This document shows positions 1 through 7,200 of a DNA stretch of 22,649 nt, piece by piece. Below the pieces are notes generated by a model. The model was not told where the DNA came from and made no database searches. It saw nothing but the letters and a program-made list of their open reading frames with translations. The stretch's first letter is position 1. Each line of letters starts with the position of its first letter. The position numbers were made by a program, and so were the translations under genes. The DNA comes from Macrostomum lignano (lineage: Eukaryota), in NCBI GenBank assembly GCA_002269645.1, contig NIVC01005189.1, positions 1 through 22,649 of the forward strand, given 5' to 3'.

Positions 1-44
1 TAGAACCCTCTGCAAACAATAACTTGTGCACTCCATATTCGCAG

Positions 45-3000
45 GAAGTCAACAAAGGAGTGTACAGCGGCGGCGCCTGGAGCGGCAGCGGCAATCGGAT
101 TGACTCCATCTGTCCGGCTAAGGTAGAAAAATTGCCTCAGTAGTTGAAGGCACCCCGGAAGATTATAACAAACTGATTGAGGCGGCCCGGGCCGCTTGGC
201 CAGCCTGGGCGAGAGACCACGCCACCGGCTAGGGGAGAGATTGTTCGCCAGATTGGCGACAATCTGCGCAAAAATCTGCAACTACTTGGCAAGCTGGTGT
301 CGCTTGAAATGGGAAAAATCTGCCCGAAGGGGTGGGCGAAGTGCAGGAAGTTGTTGACATTTGCGATTACGGTGTTGGATTGTCCAGGACGTTGAGCGGC
401 CAGGTGAGGACCATCTGAAGCGAACCTGGCGGTTCTAAGGACCTGTTGGCGTTGGCGTTTTGAGGACCTAGTGGGGATCTGAGGACCTAGTGGGGTCCTG
501 AGGATCTAGTAGGGTCCTGTCCGGAGGACGTAGTGGGTCCTGACCTGAGGACGTAGTGGAGTCCTGACCTGAGGACGTAGTGGGGTCCTGACCTGAGGAC
601 GTAGTGGGTCCTGAGAACCTATTGGGGTCCTGACCTGAGGACCTAGTGAAGTCCTGACCTGAGGACGTAGTGGGGTCCTGGGAACCTATTGGGGTCCTGA
701 CCTGAGGACCTATTGGGGTCCTGACCTGAGGACCTATTGGGGTCCTGACCTGAGGACCTAGTGAAGTCCTGACCTGAGGACCTAGTGGGGTCCTGTCCTG
801 AGGACGTAGTGGGGTCCTGACCTGAGGACGTAGTGGGGTCCTTACCTGAGGACCTATTGGGGTCCTGACCTGAGGACGTAGTGGGGTCCTGGGGACCTAG
901 TGGGTCCTGACCTGAGGACGTAGTGGGTTCCTGGGGACCTAGTGGGTCCTGACCTGAGGACGTAGTGGGTCCTGACCTGAGGACCTATTGGGGTCCTGAC
1001 CTGAGGATCTAGTGGGGTCCTGAGGACCTAGTGGGGTCCTGACCTGAGGACGTAGTGGGGTCCTGACCTGAGGACCTATTGGGGTCTGACCTGAGGATCT
1101 AGTGGGGTCCTGAGGACCTAGTGGGGTCCTGACCTGAAGACCTAGTGGGATTCTGAGGACCTGGCGGGTTCTAAAACCAACTGACCACCTGGGGATGTTT
1201 CGGGTTCAGTAGAGTGCTAAATGAATGATCAGATAGGAACTGTAATTAATTAGTTATTATTATACAGTAATGTCTCAGATAGAGTAGGAGTAATATGAAT
1301 CAGTTAAAACTTTAATGCATCACATCGTTCTTGCAGGCAGCTTAATACTAGATGGTCAGTTGGTTTCGTTGAATTTTAAAACATACCACAAAGCGAAATA
1401 AAATTTCAAGGTGGTTACCTAGCAAATCTGTGGGGGTTAGATGGGTGAATATCTTAGAAGCAGACTGCTGTACAGTGGGTGTGGTCTATTACCCGAGTTT
1501 GTGTATAGCAGCAAGCGTTGGAAAGAAACTCGCTTTTCTTTCCGGTCGAAAATTTCTCTTACCCCACAGTGCTAGCGGTTGTGTCCAGGGCGGTTGAAAT
1601 ACCGAGCGTACACTGCAGGCCTGGGGTTTTCAGTGACGAATGCCGAAAGAAGGTTGATAAGCCATCTGAAAACGAATTAAAGTACTCGTTGGTAGTCAAA
1701 ACAGTTTACGCAACAAACTACTTTCTTATCATTTATCAGTAGTATGCTGTGATTAAAATTTGAGTTTTTGTGCGAACTAATTAGGTGACGAGGCGTTAAA
1801 GCATTTACTCCCGAATTAAACGACTAGTAATCAGTGTACTAATTAGATGACGAGGCGGTGCCATAGTCATGTTTACTCCCGCCTTTTACCCAGTAAAAGA
1901 GCACAATAAATGCATTGAATTTTACCAGGTGCTACCATCCGAGCGCCCAATCACTCTCTAATGGAAGTGTGGAATCCACTGGGCGTCATCGGAGTCATCA
2001 CCGCTTTCAACTTTCCCTGTGCCGTGTTTGGCTGGAACTTCAGCCTGTCAGCCGTGTGCGGCAATTGCACAGTGTGGAAGGGCGCCCCCAGCACGCCGCT
2101 GACTACCCTGGCTGTCACCAGAGTTGTAGCTGAAGTGTTCGAACGGAATGGCGTCCCGCCCGGCGTCCTGTCAGCCATCTGCGCCGGGGCCGACGTTGGA
2201 GCCGCGATGGCGGCTGACGAGCGACTGCCACTGGTGTCCTTTACCGGCAGCTGCGCCGTAGGGCGCGAGGTCAGGCTGCGCGGGGTTAAGGATGCCAAAC
2301 TGGGGGGGGGGAGGTCAAGGGTCTCAAACTTGGGTGGGGAGGTCAAGGGTGCCAAACTTGGGTGGGGAGGTCAAGGGTGCCAAACTTGGGTAAGGAGGTC
2401 AATGGTGCCAAACTGGGGATGGGGGTCAGAGGTGCCAAATTCAGGGGGCTCAGGGTGCCAAAAGGGGGGGTTAAGGGTGTTAAGCTTGGAAGGGAGGTCA
2501 AAGGTGCCTAACTTGAGTGGAGGTCAATGGTGCCTATCTTGGGAGGAGGTCAAGGGTGCCAAACTGGGGGGGGGGTCAGGGTGCCAAACTCGGAAGGTCA
2601 AGAGTACCAAACTTAGAGGGGGGGGTCAAAAATGCCAAACTCGATGGAGTCAACGGTGTCAAACGTAAGGGGAGGTCAAGGGTGCCAAACTTGAGGGGGA
2701 GATCAAGAGTGCCAAATTCAGGGAGGGTCAGGCAAGCTTTAGAGGGGTGCAATGCAAAACTTTAAGGGGGTCAGGGTGCCAAACTTCAGGGGAGGTCAAG
2801 GGTGCCAAACTTCAGGGGAGGTCAAGGGTGCCAAACTGTAGCTAAACTGGTTCAGCTGTGCCAATTTTTTCTCATTAAATATGGCCAGATTGCTAATAAT
2901 GCGCCCCTCAGGTTGCGGTGACTGTGGCTGGCAGATTCGGCCGCAGTCTGCTCGAACTGGCGGCAACAATGCCATCCTGGTGAACGCCGATGCGGATCTG

Positions 3001-3218
3001 GACATGGTTGTGCAGTCAGCCGTCTTCGCCTGCGCCGGCACCGCCGGTCAGCGCTGCACCTCAACCAGGCGGCTGGTGTTGCACAGCTCCTTGCACGATC
3101 AGGTCGTATCCCGGCTGGGCAAGGCGCTGGAGTCGCTCATGGCCAAGGCTGGCGATCCTGTTGAACAGGGCGTGCTGTACGGCCCGCTACACTCGCCTGC
3201 CTCCGTGGAAAAGTGAGT

Positions 3219-3267
<49 letters not shown>

Positions 3268-3388
3268 TCTGTCTGACTGTCTGTCTGTCTGTCTGTCTTT
3301 CTGTCTTTCTGCAGTCTGTCTGTCTGTCTGTCTTTCTGTCTCAGTGTCTGTCTGTCTTTCTGTCTGTCTGTCTGTCTGTCTGTCTCAG

Positions 3389-3440
<52 letters not shown>

Positions 3441-3572
3441 AGGTGTCTGTCTGTCTGTCTTTCTGTCTTTCTGTCTGTCTGCAGTCTGTCTGTCTGTCTG
3501 TCTGTCTGTCTCAGTGTCTGTCTGTCTTTCTGTCTGTCTGTCTGTCTGTCTGTCTCAGTGTCTGTCTGTCTT

Positions 3573-3611
<39 letters not shown>

Positions 3612-3614
3612 CAG

Positions 3615-3647
<33 letters not shown>

Positions 3648-3684
3648 CAGTGTCTGTCTGTCTGTCTCAGTGTCTGTCTGTCTT

Positions 3685-3734
<50 letters not shown>

Positions 3735-5207
3735 AGGGTGTCTGTCTGTCAATTTGTCAGTCTGTCCATCAGTCCATATCTACCACGCGCACCAGATACG
3801 AGTCGGCACTCGGCAGTGGCCCGGGCCCAGGCGGAGGGCGGCCAGATCGTGTTCGGCGGCAAGCGAATCGCTCGGCTGTCCAGCAGCGGCGGCTACTTCG
3901 TCGAGCCGACCCTGATCACCGGGCTGAAGCCGGACTCGCCGCTGGTGCAAGAGAAGACTTTCGCTCCGATTGTGTACGCGCTCAAGTGCGACTCGCTTGA
4001 CGAGGCTATTCGGATTAATAATTCGGTAAATTTTTTGTTTACTATCTGCGCTTATTTACTATGGACTACTGATTTCACTGGTAGAATTTGATAGACTCAA
4101 ATCTCAAGTGGAAATAGTTAGAGATTAATTGGGATGCAGTGAGGTGAATGCACATTAGAAAGTGAGAATATTAGAACAGGAAGTTTAATTTGGTCGAGTG
4201 AGATTGGAAGAGAATGAGATTGGTAGGGAGTGAGATTGGTAGTGTGAGATGGGTAGAGTGAGAATATACGAGGTAGAGTGTGAGATTGGTGGAGAGTGTG
4301 ATTTTGGTAGAGAGTGTGATTTTGGTAGAGAGTGTGATTTTGGTAGACTGAGATTGGTAGAGTATGAGATTATAGTAGAGTGTGAGATTAGTATAGTGTG
4401 AGATTAGTGGAGTGTGAGATTGGTACAGTGAGATTAGTGGAGTGTGAGATTGGTAGAGAGTGAGATTGGTACAGTGAGATTGGTAGAGAGTGAGATTGGT
4501 AAGGAGGAGATTGGTTGAGTGAGATTGGTAGAGTGAGATTGGTTGAGTGAGATTGGTAGAGAGTGAGATTGGTTGTGTGAGATTGGTAGAGTGAGATTGG
4601 TTGAGTGAGATTGGTTGAGTGAGATTGGTTGAGTGAGATTGGTTGAGAGAGATTGGTTGAGTGAGATTGGTTGAGTGAGATTAGTAGAGTGAGATTGGTT
4701 GAGTGAGATTGGTAGAGAGTGAGATTGGTTGAGTGAGATTAGTAGAGTGAGATTGGTTGAGTGAGATTGGTTGAGTGAGATTGGTTGAGTGAGATTAGTA
4801 GAGTGAGATTGGTTGAGTGAGATTGGTAGAGAGTGAGATTGGTTGAGTGAGATTGGTTGAGTAAGATTGTTTGAGTGAGATTGGTAGAGTGAGATTACCA
4901 GTAGCAGATCTCCAGCCTCAGCCGCTAAACTCCCTCAGGTGAAGCAGGGCCTGTCATCCAGTTTATTCACCGGGACCTCAGCAACCTGTTCCGCTGGATC
5001 GGGCCTCGCGGCTCCGACTGCGGCCTCGTCAACGTCAATATACCGACGTCTGGCGCCGAGATTGGCGGCGCTTTCGGCGGCGAGAAGCACACTGGCGGAG
5101 GCCGGGAGTCTGGCAGCGACGCGTGGAAGCAGTACATGCGACGGAGCACCTGCACTATCAACTATGGCAAGGACCTGCCGCTGGCTCAGGGCATCAAGTT
5201 TGAGTAG
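45..5207 (+). CDS. ALDH7A1: Aldehyde dehydrogenase family 7 member A1 (antiquitin / alpha-aminoadipic semialdehyde dehydrogenase), 5'-partial, 5 exons in window, interrupted by 7 frameshifts (sequencing error or pseudogene)
   Basis: Exons 45-403, 1929-2269, 2912-3212, 3796-4025, 4939-5207, all bounded by AG/GT. Translation gives ALDH7 signatures: [66 protein letters not shown] (catalytic Glu), GTAGQRCT (catalytic Cys), [66 protein letters not shown]. Frame changes are needed near 121, 212, 320, 1947, 2959, 3810 and 4970. Confidence 0.93.
435..1172 (+). repeat. Intronic minisatellite, 19/24-bp unit (ctgac)ctgaggac[c/g]ta[g/t]tggggtc, ALDH7A1 intron 1
   Basis: Visible tandem array of about 30 variant units starting about 30 nt after the donor at 404. 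Confidence 0.92.
2283..2837 (+). repeat. Intronic G-rich minisatellite, ~24-28-bp unit gggaggtcaagggtgccaaactt(g)n, ALDH7A1 intron 2
   Basis: About 20 degenerate units fill nearly all of the 642-bp intron 2270-2911. Confidence 0.9.
3219..3767 (+). repeat. (TCTG)n microsatellite with recurrent variant units, ALDH7A1 intron 3
   Basis: Starts 6 nt after donor gtgagt at 3213; recurring interruptions tctcagtg, tctttctg, tctgcag. Confidence 0.97.
4190..4896 (+). repeat. Intronic minisatellite, 14-16-bp unit gagtgagattggtt / gagtgagattggta(ga), ALDH7A1 intron 4
   Basis: Array is degenerate at its 5' side and homogeneous at its 3' side. Confidence 0.93.
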
Positions 5208-5450
5208 GCTGGCTTCTAGCTCGTAGTTTTGCTGCGCGGTTCAATATCGTCAAGTTGTTTGATGGATTGAATTCAATTTTTTGACTGGCTTCGATTTTTT
5301 GTGTAAGGAAATCTTTGTTTACATTTTTTACAATACGATCGTATTCTGCCTATACTACTATCGAATTCAGGGTTGCTTCATCTTAATCAATGTAAGTGTT
5401 AAAACATTTCCTCATATAAATCAGCTTTTCTCCCATCCCAAACTTTTCAT

Positions 5451-5690
5451 ATCTAATCGCCCCTGTTCCCGTATCTAATCTCCCCTGTTCCCGTATCTAA
5501 TCTCCCCTATTCCCGTATCTAATCTCCCCTGTTCCCGTATCTAATCTCCCCTATTCCCGTATCTAATCTCCCCTGTTCCCGTATCTAATCTCCCCTGTTC
5601 CCGTATCTAATCTCCCCTGTTCCCGTATCTAATCTCCCCTGTTCCCGTATCTAATCTCCCCTGTTCCCGTATCTAATCTCCCCTGTTCCC
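5451..5690 (+). repeat. 22-bp tandem repeat ccctgttcccgtatctaatctc (~11 copies) downstream of the ALDH7A1 stop
   Basis: Units start at 5461, 5483, 5505 and so on, nearly identical (g/a variant at one site). Confidence 0.95.
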
Positions 5691-6212
5691 AATAATCTAA
5701 TCCAATCTGATATATCCAATATGAACAAAAATAGTTCTTCCCATTATTTCGTGTATTAATTATGAACAATTGTCCGGTCAATCATAATGCCATGTTTATC
5801 ACACCATTGTCATTCGCTTCCCTGCATCGGTGATCGAAATCAATTATTTATTATTTTCTCCATAAAACTAATTTTTCAATTTCATTTTTTCTACAAGCAT
5901 CGCATGTTATGCATTATCTAACCTTTAGCTTACTACTTTGAATTTAGCTAATTAGTAGTATGTAGACTAACCCGATAGCTAATTCACAATATTTTCATAA
6001 GCACGAGCGGTTGTTATTTTCGCAAATTATTTTATATGGTTCTGTATGCCAATAAGAAACGTATATCATTTTGAGTAATATATTTCTACCAATACTGATA
6101 ATAAAGTTGAACTCATTCTTGCATGCTTTTCTGCTCAGTTAAAAAGCAAACTGCAATTCCGCGTTGTCTTCATTTCTATCGGTTCGCTTCGTTTAGTTGT
6201 CACGAAAGATTT

Positions 6213-7191
6213 GTGAGGCCCGCTTGCCCTCTTCCCTTCCCCTCTTCCCTTCCTCTCTTCCCTTCCCCTCTTCTCTTCCCCTCTTCCCTTCCCCTCTTCT
6301 CTTGCCCTCTTCTCTTCCTCTCTTCTCTTCCCCTCTTCCCTTCCCCTCTTCTCTTGCCACCTCTTCCCCTCTTCTCTTCCCCTCTTCTCTTCCCCTCTTC
6401 TCTTGCCCTCTTCTCTTCCCCTCTTCCCTTCCCCTCTTCCCTTCCCCTCTTCCCTTCCCCTCTTCTCTTCCCCTCTTCCCTTCCCCTCTTCTCTTGCCCT
6501 CTTCTCTTCCTCTCTTCTCTTCCCCTCTTCCCTTCCCCTCTTCTCTTGCCACCTCTTCCCCTCTTCCCTTCCCCTCTTCTCTTGCCCTCTTCTCTTGCCC
6601 TCTTCTCTTCCCCTCTTCTCTTCCCCTCTTCTCTTGCCCTCTTCTCTTCCCCTCTTCTCTTCCCCTCTTCTCTTGCCCTCTTCTCTTCCCCTCTTCTCTT
6701 GCCCTCTTCTCTTCCTCTCTTCTCTTCCCCTCTTCCCTTCCCCTCTTCTCTTGCCCTCTTCCCTTCCCCTCTTCTCTTGCCCTCTTCTCTTCCTCTCTTC
6801 TCTTCCCCTCTTCTCTTGCCCTCTACTCTTGCCCTCTTCTCTTCCCCTCTTTCTTCTCTTCCCCTCTTTCTTCTCTTCCCCTCTTTCTTCTCTTCCCCTC
6901 TTTCTTCTCTTCCCCTCTTCTCTTCCCCCTCTCTTCCCCTCTTCTCTTGCCCCCTTCTCTTGCCATCTTCTATTCCCCTCTTCTCTTGCCCTCTACTCTT
7001 GCCCTCTTCTCTTGCCCTCTTCTTCCCCAAGTATTCATCAAATGCGCAACTTAACCGAAATATCTGGGGTCCGTTTTCAATCTGTCTTCCCCCTTACCTA
7101 CTGCAGACTAATTTTACTGAAAATAGGCAGTTCTTGAAGACCCAGTTTTTCTGTAGTTAAAATGCAACACTTCTTTAATTTCTCTTTCAAG
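6213..7191 (+). other. Putative 5'-UTR intron of the Aurora kinase gene
   Basis: Donor-like tt|gtgagg at 6213 (same gtgagg donor as at 404 and 9055). Pyrimidine-rich acceptor ttctttaatttctctttcaag| at 7191, 9 nt before ATG 7201. No transcript evidence. Confidence 0.45.
6223..7027 (+). repeat. ~800-bp polypyrimidine/polypurine array, ~13-bp unit [c/g]ccctcttctctt
   Basis: Almost exclusively C/T on the + strand. It is the source of the spurious PSSLPLF and REEGKR ORFs. Confidence 0.95.
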
Positions 7192-7200
7192 ACTTTGGAA

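Noticed and set aside
1262-1475. tacagt...gctgta ends suggesting a Tc1/mariner-type MITE in ALDH intron 1
   Set aside because: Inverted-repeat similarity beyond 5-6 nt is too weak to distinguish from chance.
2990-4000. Long ORFs of SVCL/CLSV repeats (also 3388-3915 and 17067-17549)
   Set aside because: They are translations of stop-free (TCTG)n microsatellites; the real coding parts are the flanking ALDH exons.
6123-7160. 345-aa Pro/Ser/Leu ORF and antisense Arg/Glu/Gly/Lys ORFs
   Set aside because: Artefacts of the C/T-only repeat, which cannot contain stop codons.
7162-7200. Upstream ATG extending Aurora by 13 aa ([13 protein letters not shown])
   Set aside because: The extension overlaps a pyrimidine tract plus AG that looks like a splice acceptor; ATG 7201 is preferred, though unproven.
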